A stretch of DNA of 64,000 nucleotides. Origin: the human T2T-CHM13v2.0 reference genome, Homo sapiens. This document shows, one piece after another, positions 1 to 14,945 of the stretch. The stretch lies in the NCBI RefSeq assembly GCF_009914755.1, contig NC_060927.1. One strand, 5' to 3'. Position 1 is the first letter of the stretch. Each line of letters starts with the position of its first letter. Made by a program: the position numbers and the translations under genes. The notes beneath the pieces were generated by a model, which was not told the DNA's origin, ran no database searches, and worked only from the letters and a program-made list of their open reading frames with translations.

Positions 1-1928
1 AGGGTCCAGTTTCAGTTTTCTGCATATGGCTAGCCAGTTTTCCCAATACCATTTATTAAATAGGGAATCCTTTCCCCATTGGTTGTTTTTGTCAGGTTCT
101 TCAAAGATCACATGGTTGTAGATGTGTGGTATTATTTCTGAGGCCTCTGTTCCATTCCATTGGTCTATATATCCTTTTTGTTACCAGTACCATGCTGTTT
201 TGTTTACTGTAGACTTGTAGTATACTTTGAAGTCAGGTAGCATGATACCTCCAGCTTTGTTCATTTTGCTTAGGATTGTCTTGGTTATATGGGCTCTTTT
301 TTTGGTTCCATATGAAATTTGAAGTAGTTTTTTCTAATTTTGTGAAGAAAGTCAATGGTAGCTTGATGGGGATAGCATTGAGTCTATAAATTACTTTGGG
401 CAGTATGGCCATTTTCATGATATTGATTCTTCCTATCCATGAGCATGGAATGTTTTTCCTTTTGTTTGCGTCGTCTCTTATTTCTTTGAGCAGCGGTTTG
501 TAGTTCTCCTTGAAGAGGTCCTTTGCATCCCTTGTAAGGTGTATTCCTAGGTATTTTATTCTCTTCGTAGCCATTGTGAATGGGAGTTAACTCATGATTT
601 GGCTCTCTGTTTGTCTATTTTTGGTGTTTAGGAATGCTTGTGATTTTGCACATCGATTTTGTATCCTGTGACTTTGCTGAAGTTGCTGATCAGCTTAAGG
701 AGATTTGGAGCTGAGACGTTGGGGTTTCTAAATATACAATCATGTCGGGTTTTCTAAATATACAATCATGTCATCTGCAAACAGAGACAATTTGACTTCC
801 TGTCTTCCTATTTGAATACTCTTTATTTCTTTCTCTTGCCTGATTGCCCTGGCCAGAACTTCCAATACCATGTTGAATAGGAGTGGTAAGAGAGGCATCC
901 TTGTCTTGTGCTGGTTTTCAAAGGGAATGCTTCCAGCTTTTGCCCATTCAGTATGGTATTGCCTGTGGGTTTGTCATAAATAGCTCTTATTATTTTGAGA
1001 TATGTTCCATCAATACCTACTTTATTGAGAGTTTTTAGCATGAAGAGGTGTTGAATTTTATCGAGAACTTTTCTGCATCTATTGAGATAATCAGGTGGTT
1101 TTTGTCTTTGCTTCTGTTTAAGTGGTGGATTACATTGATTGATTAGCATATGTTGAACCAACCTTGCATCCCAAGGATGAAGCCGACTTGATCATGGTGG
1201 ATAAGCTTTTTGATGTACTGCTGAATTCCTTTTGCCAGTATTTTATTGAGGATTTTCACATCGGTGTTCAGCAGGGATATTGGCCTGAAATTTTCTTTTT
1301 TGTGTTTGTCTCTGCCAGGTTTTGGTATCAGGATGATGCAGGCCTCATAAAATGAGTTAGGGAGGAGTCCTTCTTTTTCTGTTGTTTGGAATAGTTTCAG
1401 AAAGAATGGTACTAGCTCCTCTTTGTACCTCTGGTAGAATTCAGCTATGAATCCATCTGGTCCTGGGCTTCTTTTGGTTGGTAGGCTATTAATTACTGCT
1501 TCAATTTCAGAACTTGTTATTGGTCTACTCAGGGATTCAACTTCTTCCTGGTTTAGTCTTGGGAGGGTGTATGTATCCAGCAATTCATCCATTTCTTCTA
1601 GATTTTCCAGTTTATTTGCGTAGAGGTGTTTATACTATTCTCTAATGGTAGTTTATATTTCTGCGGTGTCAGTGTTGACATCCCCTTGGTCATTTTTTAT
1701 TGTGCCTATTTGATTCTTCTCTCTTTTCTTCTTATTAGTCTGGCTAGTAGTCTATCTATTTTGTCAATCTTTTCAAAAAACCAGTTCCTGGAGTCATTGA
1801 TTTTTTGAAGGGTTTTTCATGTATCTATCTTTTTCAGTTCTGCTCTGATCTTAGGTATACCTTGTCTTCTGCTAGCTTTTGAATTTGTTTGCTCTTGCTT
1901 CTCTAGTTCTTTTAATTTTGATATTAGG
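1..1928 (-). mobile_element. L1PA7/8-like LINE-1, inverted ORF2 segment (runs off window start)
   Basis: Minus-strand ORFs 233-574, 823-1161 and 1143-1592 are frameshifted ORF2 RT-region pieces ([20 protein letters not shown]). Confidence 0.95.
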
Positions 1929-2746
1929 TGAACAGACACTTCTCAAAAGGAGACATTTATGCGGCCAACAAACATATGAAAAAAATCTCATCATCACTGG
2001 TCATTAGAGAAATGCAAATCAAAACCACAGTGAGATACCATCTCACACCAGTTAGAATGGTGATCATTAAAAAGTCAGGAAACAACAGATGCTGGAGAGG
2101 ATGCAGAGAAATAGGAATGCTTTTACACTGTTGGTGGGAGTGCAAACTAGTTCAACCATTGTGGAAGACAGTGTGGCGATTCCTCAAGGATCTAGAACTA
2201 GAAATACCATTTGACCCAGCAACCCCATTACTGGGTATATACCCAAAGGATTATAAACCATTCTACTATAAAGACACATCCACATGTATGCTTATTGCAG
2301 CACTATTCACAATAGCAAAGACTTGGAACCAACCCAAATGTCTATCATTGATAGACTGGATAAAGAAAATGTGGCACATATATACCATGGAATACTACGT
2401 AGCCATAAAAAAGGATGAGCGTATGTCCTTTGCAGGGACATGGATGAAGCTGGAAACCATCATTCTCAGCCAACTAACACAAGAACAGAAAACCAAACAC
2501 CACATGTTATCTCTCATAAGTGGGAGTTGAACAATGAGAACCCATGGACACAGGGAGGGGAACATCATACACCGGGGCCTGTCGGGGGAGTGGGGAAGCT
2601 AGTGGAGGGATAGCATTAGGAGAAATACCTAATGTAGATGACAGGTTGATGAGTGCAGCAAACCATCATGGCACGTGTATACCTATGTAACAAACCTGCA
2701 CGTTCTGCACATGTATCCCAGAACTTAAAATATAATAAAAAAAAAA
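1929..2746 (+). mobile_element. L1PA7/8-like LINE-1 3' segment (ORF2 C-terminus, 3' UTR, poly A)
   Basis: ORF 1928-2530 has the ORF2 cysteine-rich motif CWRGC..HCWWEC; G-rich 3' UTR; aataaa + A-tail to 2746. Confidence 0.95.
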
Positions 2747-4099
2747 TGCCAGGCGTAAAGCAAGCAGAATCTGTCAGCTCCCTTTCATTTTAGAGGTCTG
2801 TGGAGCATGTTGTACAGGTTTGCATTAATTCCTTCAGAACCAGAGAAAGGTATCACTTAATGGAAAACATTACTGATTGAGAAATGGTATGGTTTTTTTG
2901 AGGTCTAATGCAATATTTTGAATAGAGAAGAATGTCAGCTCAAAATCTAAAATGTTATATGAATGTCAGGAGAAGAAAAGTGGCTGTGTATGTTTGTATA
3001 TCATGTGTGTACTTGAGTGTATGTAGGCCTACACATGCACACACAAATACACACAAGATTTTCTTACGTTTATCCACATGATAATGGATCAAGACCGTTT
3101 GTGATGGCCAAAGATGCACAAATTTATATGAACACCTAAATTATGTTAGGATGGGAGTGAATGGAATGATTTTCATCACCTTAATACTTTGTAATGATCA
3201 TGAAAGGATTTTTGAAAAAAAGAAAAAGCCCTAATGATTTTTGAAAATAATAATAGCAGAGGGAATCCCATGCAAAATCAGTTTGTTAGGCATGTGAAGA
3301 TTTTAAGTAATGCAGAAAAGTAAAAAAAATACCTTCCCTAATGGTGATGTACAGAAACATGTTTATCATCAATGCTTTTATAACTTTTCTCTCATCTCAG
3401 TTTCTGTTAGAGAATTATGCATAATGGATTGTGTATTTAACAGGAATTCCTCGATTGCAATGGCTTTTTAAAGGTTTTTTTCTTTAGTTATTAATAGAAT
3501 CTTTCATTTACAGCCTAAATATTGCTGTCATCTTAGAGAAACAGTGAAGTATCAGAGAGGAAATAAAATGGGATAAAATGGATATTCAGAATGTCTTGCT
3601 ACCTGACCGTTACTTAAAACAAGATACCTTTTCTTTCTTTTCATGAAAACAAAACTATTTGTCTTCACTATCCACTCTGTTAAGGAAAATAATTTTCTCA
3701 ATATATAAAGTGAGGCATAGAGCATACTTAAGGTAAACTAAATCTTAAGATAAGTGAGGCCAGAGTAAAGGAGCACCAAGCCTCACTTAAATGGGTTCAT
3801 AGATCTAGGCTGCAGTCTGTTACTGTTGAAACACATGATACTTTTACAAACATAACAAAACAAAAAACAAGAACATTCAGGTGTTTCAGTAGAAACCGAC
3901 AGAAAAGCGTTTTAGGAATGCTGTAGATTAGGGAAAATTCCAGAGAGCTCACAGAACAACAACTTCACTTCTTTTGACTTTTAAAGAAAAGGTAAAAGAA
4001 TAAATTCTGGAAAATACAGATACCACCAGAAACATTTGTCTGCCCTTGTAAATTAGGGAATATAGGTTTGGTACCTACAGAGTACAAGACAAATGCTCA

Positions 4100-4680
4100 T
4101 CATGTTGTGGGGGAAGCAAAATTTAAAAACATGTGGACTCTACCTAACCTCAGAGAGCTTGCATGCTAATTAAGGAATTAATATGCAATTATAAATTGGC
4201 ATTTGACAAGTAGCACTGGAAAGGCACAGAAAAGGTGATTTATTATTCAGAGAAGTGGTAACTTTGATCTGTGGACATCTAGAAAAGTTATCTCTTTGGA
4301 AGGTGAGCTGGGTATCAAAGAGAGGAGACTTTATTTTAAAAGGCAGGTATGGGGTGGAGAAAACTGTCAAAACAAAGCTATGCAGGCAGTATAATATTGC
4401 AGCAAGCTGCTGAATGGAAAAACCAATTTGATGGAACATGGTTGGATGTCAGGGAAATTGGGAGATGTGTTCAGAAGAGTCAGTGAAATTTGACTGCAGA
4501 TGGTCTATGAGGAAGGTGACGTGCTACGGCATGGCGAAGTGTGTTGAGTAGGCACCCGGAGACTAGAGTTTCTGTTAGTCTCTGTCACTCACTCACTGTG
4601 TGTACTTGAGGACCATTTGACCTCCTTGGCAAGTACACGTCTTACCTGGAAAACGACGGTGTCTAGTTGGAGACCAGTGT
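4100..4680. mobile_element. Degraded L2 followed by MIR fragment
   Basis: Purine-rich L2-like text, then MIR core-like tctgtcactcactcactgtgtgtacttgag. Confidence 0.45.
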
Positions 4681-6197
4681 ATCAACTCACGGTGATTCCA
4701 TACAGCAAATTTTTCTTCCAGGTTTGGGGTAGATCACCAGGTTATTGATTAAACACCACACAAAGTAATTGGCTTGAGTTTAGGAACCATGTTTTGAAAA
4801 AACTGTTATATCTTTAAAGAGAAGAATCATCCTCAGCCTGGGGAGATACTCACATTATTTCAGAGACACAAGAACTGAAACCTCCCATGAGAATGGTGGA
4901 CTGGGTTTGTATGTTCCAACTAGCACTCATTCCGGGGCATGTGCTATCTACAGCGTTCTGTCTCTATAGGTATGTTTTGATGTGCTTGTTTTTATCCTTT
5001 TTCACAGCACATATAGTGGAATTCATTTAAATTAATATGTAAGATGCATTTGGGCCTTTCATCTCAAGAACAAGAATATGGAAACCAAAGTTATTTAAAA
5101 CTCTAGTCAAAGGACTGCCTTGAAATAAGTATCAAAACTCCAATATCAACTTTGGCTTCAAAAAGGAACCTAAAGGCATTTAACAGTGTGTCCTAAGGGA
5201 TCAAATGTCAAATATGATGGTTACTAACACACAGGAAGAAAAGGACCAGAGCTAGAAACCAGCAGTAATATCTTCCAGTATTTTTGGGGGAGATGGAAGC
5301 TGAAAAGGATGAGGAAGAGAAAAGGATATGAACACTGGGTTTCAAACTAACTTTGCTGAATTATGGAAAGAGAAGAAATATTTATTTCTGCTGATATATC
5401 ATGAAAAGTTACTATTAACTGAATTATTTCTTTTCATTTCACTCTTTTCTATTAAACTAATGATCAAACAGGTTGGTTCTAGCCACTTAGAAAATGATGT
5501 TGAATATGTCTTGAACCAAACCAGTAGACGAGTTAGTTTAACTGTATGAATTAACAACTAAAGAAACACAAAATGCTCATTTTTACCAGGAGTTAAAGCT
5601 ATGTGTTTTCTGTAACTACCAAACTGGAATAAAAAAGTTATCTCAATAATCGGTGTACTGTATATGAATTGATATCTCATTTAAATTAATCTACATCACA
5701 AACCTTGTTCAGCTTTACTCCTGTCTGGCCAAAATTAATCTTTATAATGAAGTACCTTAGGTATTTTAGGATACCAGTATGTATTCAAGTGAGCGAATAA
5801 AAATTCAGTTGTCTTTGCTAAAATTTCTGGCATGTTTAGTGTTTTAATAAGTTATCTATCCAAATAGGTATTTTAAGGTATTAGTTTCAGACTTCCTTTT
5901 GGTAAATGTGTTTATATTTGTAAGTTTTAACTGGCTAGTTTTATAACATATATTAATTTCTAAACAGGATTTAGAGCAAAAAAAAACCCAAACATACTTT
6001 GCTTAGTCCACATTTCACTTTACAAAGTACCACTGGTCAGCTCAGTGATACTTTCTCCAGTTTGTGGGTCATTTCATCCTGCATTTGTACAATGATTTTG
6101 AGTAACACATCAGTAGTGAGGCCAGCTGATTTTGTTATACCCAGAGAAGACTTTTAAATTAAAGCTTGAGAACAGAAAAAAAAATTACTGAAAATTG

Positions 6198-6430
6198 AGG
6201 ATCAGCAAACTTTTCTTGTAAGTGGGTAGGTAGTAAATATATATATTTTTTATTTTATAGGCGATATGATTTTTGTCACACTACTTGCCTCTGCTATAGT
6301 ATCACAAAAGCAGTCATAGGCAATGCCAAAATGAGCAAGCATTGATGTGTTCCAATATTACTTACAAAAATAGATGTTAGACTTTCGGCCTTTGGGTCTG
6401 GGATTTGGCATTTAGGCCATAATTTGTAAG
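6198..6430. mobile_element. MER58-like hAT-Charlie DNA transposon fossil
   Basis: gatcagcaaacttttcttgtaag...agtaaatat...aaagcagtcataggcaat...gtgttccaata...gatttggc..taggccataatttg. Confidence 0.7.
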
Positions 6431-6999
6431 GAATTTGGCCAAAGCTCATAGTTTCCTAGTCGTTGCTAAACATGACAGGGGCCCCAAATGAGGTCCCAAA
6501 ATGAGTTCTGAAGAACGTTTGTCCCATGGGATTTTCATGGATGAAAAAGTAAATCTAGGAAATGCTGCACAGAATGCCTTTCTTCTTACACACTGAAATT
6601 CAATGTCATCTTATTAAAGGCTATAAGACATCTTACAATAAAGTGATCTGTCTCTGTTGGCTAACTCAGTTCCCCAGAACACATGTGACCTTGAAATTCT
6701 TTTTGTCATAGATAATTTGAGTATCTGTGATTCAGAAACAAGTTTCCAAACTGATCATTTGGATATCTATATAGATTGTCATATGCATATCTTTATTGAA
6801 ATATCTTTTTAAATCCGAGTCAACTTCGTGAGTCACTTATCCACAAAGGTAACCAGGAAAAATACTAACCTTCTTAAGTGGTTCTGGATAATTTCCTGAT
6901 TAGTCCCTTCTTAGGTTCTAACACATTAGCTCCTGCTGACAATTTGAGCCGTTGGCCTTATTCTGCTTTTTCCTCGGTAATTAAATCCATTGTAGTTTA

Positions 7000-7530
7000 A
7001 ATCAGTTCAACATATATTTACCATGTACGATATTTTCCAAGCACACCGATTAATGAATGAGAGAGACCGTGTCTCTCCCTTTAGGGCATGGATAGTAGCA
7101 AAGGCATAAAGACAAAGGTTAGAATATTATGTGATAACTTCTCTAATAAGAGAAATCCTGAATGCTGTCAAAGCACATATGAGAAGTACTAAACTGTTAT
7201 TATGAAATCAGAGAAAGCTTTTAGCCTGGAGTTCATCTAAGCTACAAATTTGAAGCTAATCACAGAAGGGAAGAGAGAGGGGAACAGCAGGTACAAAGGT
7301 AAGGAGACAAGATTCTCTGATGTATCAAGGCAGTGCATAGTACAACTCTAATATAGATTTATGCTGCAGAGATGGGTGAGAGTTGGATTAAGCAGGTTTT
7401 TACTGACTTTGTGAAAGTATGTAAGGTAGGTGGAAAGTTGGAGGCTTGATCAGAGTTGTACTATGGTAATATAGCTGTGGCTGGAACGTGGAGAATGGCC
7501 TGGAGGGGCACACTGCTCAGAAGTGAGAAT
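7000..7530. mobile_element. Degraded L2 fragment
   Basis: Purine-rich L2 3'-region-like text. Confidence 0.4.
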
Positions 7531-8232
7531 TTCTGAAGCTGTTATGAAGCTTTCCCAGGGAATCTGCCATGGGTAACCTATTACCCCAGGTTCATCCCTT
7601 AGACAGATAAGGTGCTGTCAAGACTCCTACCTTATGACAAGAAACCAAGAGCTACGTAATGTTTTTTTCCCTGAAACCATCTGTTTGCTAGTGTAAACAT
7701 TAAACTGTCTTTCCATTTGGGGGTTACTGGAAATATCATAAAAAGGGAATAATTTTAGACTTTTTTTAAAAACTTGAAAGGAGGCTTTATTATGTATTTA
7801 TAGCAAAACAAAAATTGGCACCAAGAGGCTAGCCTGAGTTTTATACCTGAAGGAAATGTGGAGGCAAACCTGGGCATTTTCCTTGACAACAGCAATTAAC
7901 CAAGAAGAGCCTCACCTTAACGTCTGTTTTAAGACAGCAGAACTGGTCGGCATATGAATATACAAACGTTTAATTACACACCCTGCCTGTCCTTGTGAAC
8001 CTCTGTGGTTTACTTACAAACGCATGAGTTATTTCACGAAGTTATCCTCAATCAGGATGCAGCATAGTGTTGTGTTTACTACATATGAAACATGCACACC
8101 TTATCCAGTCTGACACACTGAAGCACTTAAAAGGATGTGCAGTAGGTTTTTTTATAAACAAGTAGGGTTTTTATAAACCATTTTCTTCCACACAACAAAT
8201 TATACTGTTAACAGCTCGGCCCTGGTAAGTTT

Positions 8233-8352
8233 TATATATGTGTGCATATATAAATTTTATATATGTGTACCTACAAACACACATACACACACAAACATAT
8301 AAAAATCACATTTTATATATGTGTGTGTATATGTATATAATACATATATTAT
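8233..8352. repeat. (TA/TG/CA)n low-complexity tract
   Basis: Alternating purine-pyrimidine degenerate repeats. Confidence 0.8.
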
Positions 8353-9080
8353 TTGGAAGTGTGATTTCTGTATTTTTCCTGTATTCTAACCATATGAGGA
8401 ATGTCTACTCAACATTGCTTAGAAACACAAGTTCTAAGGTCCAAACTTAAGGGTGTGTGTAGTTTAGTTAGTGGCTGCTATGGTTGTTGGTGGAGAGTCA
8501 GATGTTGAAAAGAAATGGAACAAAGTTTTTTCTAAACTTGAAAATGCTGTCTTGAAATTTGCAGCTAAGATGTAGTAAAAGAGGGGCTGGTAGGCAAGAA
8601 AAGAAAAACTGTATGTAGGCATGGATCTTAAACAAATCATGAAATTGAATTTTCCTAAAGCAACTTAAACTATTTATGATTTTCTTTGTCCTTTGCCAGA
8701 TCTCTGAAATAGCGTCAGTCTCAAAATTCATGTTATCACTAATTAGGATTCTATCCTCAGATTTTTTTTGCAGATGATTCAACTATTTCTTAGTTTCCAC
8801 AGATAACTAAAATTACTACAGTTTCTCCTACCAACAATAGGCCTAGACTGCTAATCCAAGGAGGAAATTTGATGTCAGAAAAAGACACAAACAAAGCAAA
8901 AATGCAGTGTTAACAGTTATTCCCACTTTTATCTTTCTTTACATAGATCTCACATCGCATTGCAAGGAGCTTACGCTAGTAGTAAATAAGAAATTTAGGG
9001 GAAACCTGCATGCTGCATTTTTAGCATACAAGAAGTACAAAATTCTGGCTTTATTTTTTTCTTCATTAATATGCATGGTA

Positions 9081-9401
<321 letters not shown>

Positions 9402-9747
9402 ATGCATGGTAATCTTGGTTCTTTTCATACCTACGTTTGACCGTTCAGCAGTCTAATTTTAATTAAATCATAACAAAGTAACAACATTGACTATATTGAT
9501 TGCATCTTGGGAATTCAGAATTTATTTTTTCACATAATTTTTCCTATGACTAGCTGGTCTTCTGTAGGCAAACTTTTATGATCCTTGAACTTTTTCTGGA
9601 AATGATGCAGCAAACTATAAATATAAAATCTGCAATGGTATACTGTATGTACATATCTTTCAAGGAGGATAGCTCCACTGATGTAAAAACAAAAAGATAT
9701 TAAAAACTCTGATTTTCAAGCTAGAAAATTATTTATGCACCATTGGC

Positions 9748-10320
9748 TTTATTTTAAAATACATACTTGCAGAAAAGTTGCAAAAATGTCAGCGTTTCCA
9801 TACGCCCATCACTCTGATTCTACTAATGTTAATATTGTACGTAAGTATAGTATGATCACCAAACCAGAAAACTGACATTGGTATAACACTGTTAACTAAA
9901 CAACAGACCTTATTAGGGGTTTACCAGTTTTTCCATAATGTCCAGGCTGCAATCCACAATCTTGCATTGTTTATAGCATTCATTTCTTCTTACTCTTCTT
10001 GAGTCTGTGCCAGTTCCTGAGCCTTCGCCTGCCTTTTGTGATCCTGACACTTTTGAAAACTACTAGTCAATCTTGTTGTAGAATATTACTCAATTTTCTG
10101 ATGTTCCCTCCTTTTTTTTTATTGATGTCATGCATTGTTGGCAAAATACCATAGAAGAGTATTATGTCCCTCTCAGTGCACCCTATCAAAGGGCACACGA
10201 GGCCAGTATGTCTTATCACTAGTGATACTAATTTTGACTATTTGGTTAATATGGAGTCTACTGAGTTTTCCCAGCATGATATTAGTGTTTTCCCACATTA
10301 GCTTTAGACAAAGACACATA
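9748..10320 (-). mobile_element. Old L1M (L1MC-like) 3' end fragment
   Basis: cttgcagaaaagttgcaaaaat...actgacattggtataacactgttaactaaa resembles antisense L1MC 3' UTR. Confidence 0.6.
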
Positions 10321-11750
10321 AATTCTTAATTTCCTAAATATGATATACTCACTATACTCTTTTATGCCTCAGTTTCCCTGCCTAAAAATTATTATACTGC
10401 AACCCTAACCCTCATCTCAACCAGTGTAGTAAGAATTAATGTGCTGTCCTTTGGAGATTCTTGGATAAAACTCACTGTATAACTGCAAATGATCACTCTA
10501 TCTCATTTTAAAGAAGAACATAAATAGAATGGTTAAAAGTAGATTGGCAGCATGTACTCATTTCACACCCAGAACTACAGAGACATCTGTTATATATGTG
10601 ACAGGCCAGGCCTGAAATCTGGTTCTCTGAGAACCAGTTAGTGTTTGCCCGATTTGGCCTAAGTCAGCCTGATTAAACAAAGAACATATTTATCACTTGC
10701 TACCTAACAGGCTATTACACTAACTAGATGGATAACCACCCATTGATAAGGACAATAAATAACTTTTTAAAAACTGTCACATTCAGGGTTTCTGCTGTTC
10801 ATATAAGAGGGAAAAAAGTCCCTTGACATACTAAGGATTCTGGATCCATGTGCTGTAATTCTGTCATATTAGTTTGTATCTGATAATGAAGTACCCCACC
10901 ATTGCAGAGAATGGCAAACTTCGCAAAGTGATTTACTGGCTTTCTACTCTATTTTTATTTTTGAATGTCAGTACTATCAGCCCTGACACAATACACTGGG
11001 AGGAAATTGGCCACTTACAGGTCTAGAGGGAAGTAGGTAGGGAAAGGTATACTAAAGAAATAAGGGACTCACATAATCCTCCAAGCCCCGCTTTCCTCTT
11101 TGACAAATGGAAATAATCATATACCTGCCTCCTCAAGTTATTGTAAGCATTTGGTAATCTGTCCAAAACCTTTGTATTGTAACTGACCCATAGTAAGTAC
11201 TCAAGAAAAAAAAAAAAAGGTTGTCATTTTTATCACTTTATCATCTTTCATACCTGAGACCCAGATTTGGGTGCAAAAGACAAGAAAATGGAGGTGAGGC
11301 TCTCATAAATAGTGTGGTTTAATTTGCAGAAGGCTTCTGGAAAATGATTTTATACCAAATAAGAATTCAATAGCATTTGTCAAATGGGGTGGAAATATCC
11401 CACCATCTGCATGTAGTCATGAACTAAAGCATGATGATACTGAGGTGTACTTCTGCTCTTTGAGAGTATGTGTTCATAGGCAAATAAACCTAGAAAATGA
11501 AGAAGAATGCAAGCTCCATGATAGCAGGACTGAACTTTACCGTGATACCCAGTGCTTGCTGGTACAGTGTCTGACATATTGCATGTGTTCAACGAATATT
11601 TTCAGATGAATGTTCTAATAGTTAGCTATAAATACATAATGGCACAGGATCTTGAATACACAGTTTATTTACCATTACATGAGATGGGAGATCCCATATT
11701 ATAGTTTAGCTAAAAAGTAGGGGGATTTCCTGTCCCAACCTCCACTTATA

Positions 11751-12098
<348 letters not shown>

Positions 12099-12149
12099 TG
12101 ACTTCTGACTTCCTTCTAAGTAAAACAACACTTATATTATGTTCCTTTT

Positions 12150-12490
12150 GCATTATGGTGGTAACCATTTTACTTGTGTTATCTCATATACTTCTCTACA
12201 AACTTCTGAAGTAGGCTCAGTATCTCCGTTTTATGGACACAAAACTGGAGGATCAGAAATAACTTGCCTAAAACAATACAAGTCCAAGACTTGAACTTAA
12301 GTCTATCTACAAAGACCATTTATGTTCTTGACTGATACTGTTGCATTTGTGCACTGTTGCAGCCCTCTTAGAGTATTATATTATCTTCCCCCAGTAGAGT
12401 AAAATAATCTCCATGAGGGAAGACCCTGTCTTATTCATTGCTGTATCGTACTGCACGTCAGTTACTAGATGTTCAGTCACTAATTTGTAA
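12150..12490. mobile_element. MIR and L2 3'-end fragments
   Basis: ctccgttttatggacacaaaactggagg..aacttgcctaa (MIR); ctccatgagggaagaccctgtcttattcattgctgtatc (L2 end). Confidence 0.6.
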
Positions 12491-13289
12491 GTAAAGGATA
12501 GAGTGCCGTAGTAGATTTTATTTAACACCCTACTTTGGTATAGCCTATTACAACTTCAGTTTTTATGTTTGAAATCTTATTTCTGCTTCTGATTAAGCAG
12601 ACATAGACTCCCTTTTAGGCTACCAGTTATCTGATTTTCTGATGTGGCTGTCCGAGCAATCAGCAAGCTGTGCGTAATGATGGACATACTAGTAAGCTTA
12701 CTTCCCCACTAAGTGTATCCAAGTAAAAGCCCTGAAAGTCACACGGTTCTTGCCACTTTTAATCTGACACCTAATATATTAGGTATTAGAGTGTTTTGTG
12801 CTTACCTTTAGCTCTTCTTTAGTTTAGGTGATTAAAAAATGCCTGTTGCTGTCTGTATGTGCAGCATGCTTCATTAACAGTCATTTATTTGGGAGGTTAG
12901 CAGAATTGGCACTCTGCAGCACACCAGCGAGCAGAAGGAAAACAAACGTGAGATGATTGCTAAGAAATCCTTCTTTCCTGCTCTGGTGATAGAAGCTTTA
13001 AGAGTTTGCAAAGTTTACTTCCCAGTACCCAGAAAGCATGGGAAAGAGCAGGGTTTCTGGGGATTGCAATTTCCCCCAAGTCCCTTGCATCCGCTCTCCT
13101 CCAGTGCTCAGTGGGAAATCCAAGGGGTCATGGATTTCCCCCTTTGGCACGGTGTGCTCCCTGTATTTGTGGTCTCCCAGAACCAGATCCTTCCACTGCT
13201 TGCCCCTCTTGTTTTTTCCAGCAAGTTTGCCGACTCAAACTTTTTCTAGCAGAATCCAATTATATGGATTTTCTCTCATATTCCTTTCA

Positions 13290-13440
13290 ACAACCCTGTA
13301 TTTTCACTGTCACTTTATGAAAGAGGAAAGTGAGGCTAACAGAGGTTAAATGACTTGCCCAAGAACAACAGCTAAATGGTAGAGCTGGGATTTAAACCTG
13401 CCTTGTGTGATTCTAAAGCCAATGATCTCATTGCCATAGG
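13290..13440 (-). mobile_element. MIR
   Basis: gaggaaagtgaggctaacagaggttaaatgacttgcccaag...agagctgggatttaaacc core. Confidence 0.8.
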
Positions 13441-13867
13441 GAAGCAAAGGAATTTTTATTTTACTTGAAACCTGTATTGATTTTGTCATGTGTACTTGAA
13501 ATGCCATGCTGAGAGGATTCTGGGGCTGCCCTTGGGCTAAGCAGCAAAGAGTGCCATAATCAATTAGCATTGCTTTCCATAGGAGTGGGACAGAGGAGTG
13601 GAGGTGCCATGTATTTTCCTGTCTTGAACTATGATCTACTTTTGTTCTTGATTTTATTGTAATAAGACTGTAATAACACGGGAATGACATTCTAAAGGAA
13701 GGATGAAGTATCTGAGGGGCAATCTAAATGCAAGATGAAAATACCACATATTTTATATATAAACTACAATTGCCTGCTGTTCTAATAATAAGGCTACATA
13801 TACCTATTTGGGAGAAATTCAACAGAGTGTTTAAATATCCACAATCTTAAGTCAAACTTCATAATCT

Positions 13868-14810
<943 letters not shown>

Positions 14811-14814
14811 AGGA

Positions 14815-14945
14815 TTCATTTTGGGAGTGATAGAAATATTCTACATCATGATGGTGATGGTGGTTGTATGACTGTATAAGTTTTTGAAATCTCATCAAAC
14901 TATACATAAAAAGAACGCATGTCAGTGCATAAAATATACAATAAA
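14815..14945 (+). mobile_element. L1ME-like 3' terminal fragment
   Basis: gtgatagaaatattctacatcatgatggtgatggtggttgtatgactgtata...aataaa. Confidence 0.65.

Noticed and set aside
12953-13349. Three overlapping ORFs of about 100 aa in all + frames
   Set aside because: A locally stop-poor, GC-richer patch ending in a MIR, with no recognisable protein similarity or exon boundaries.
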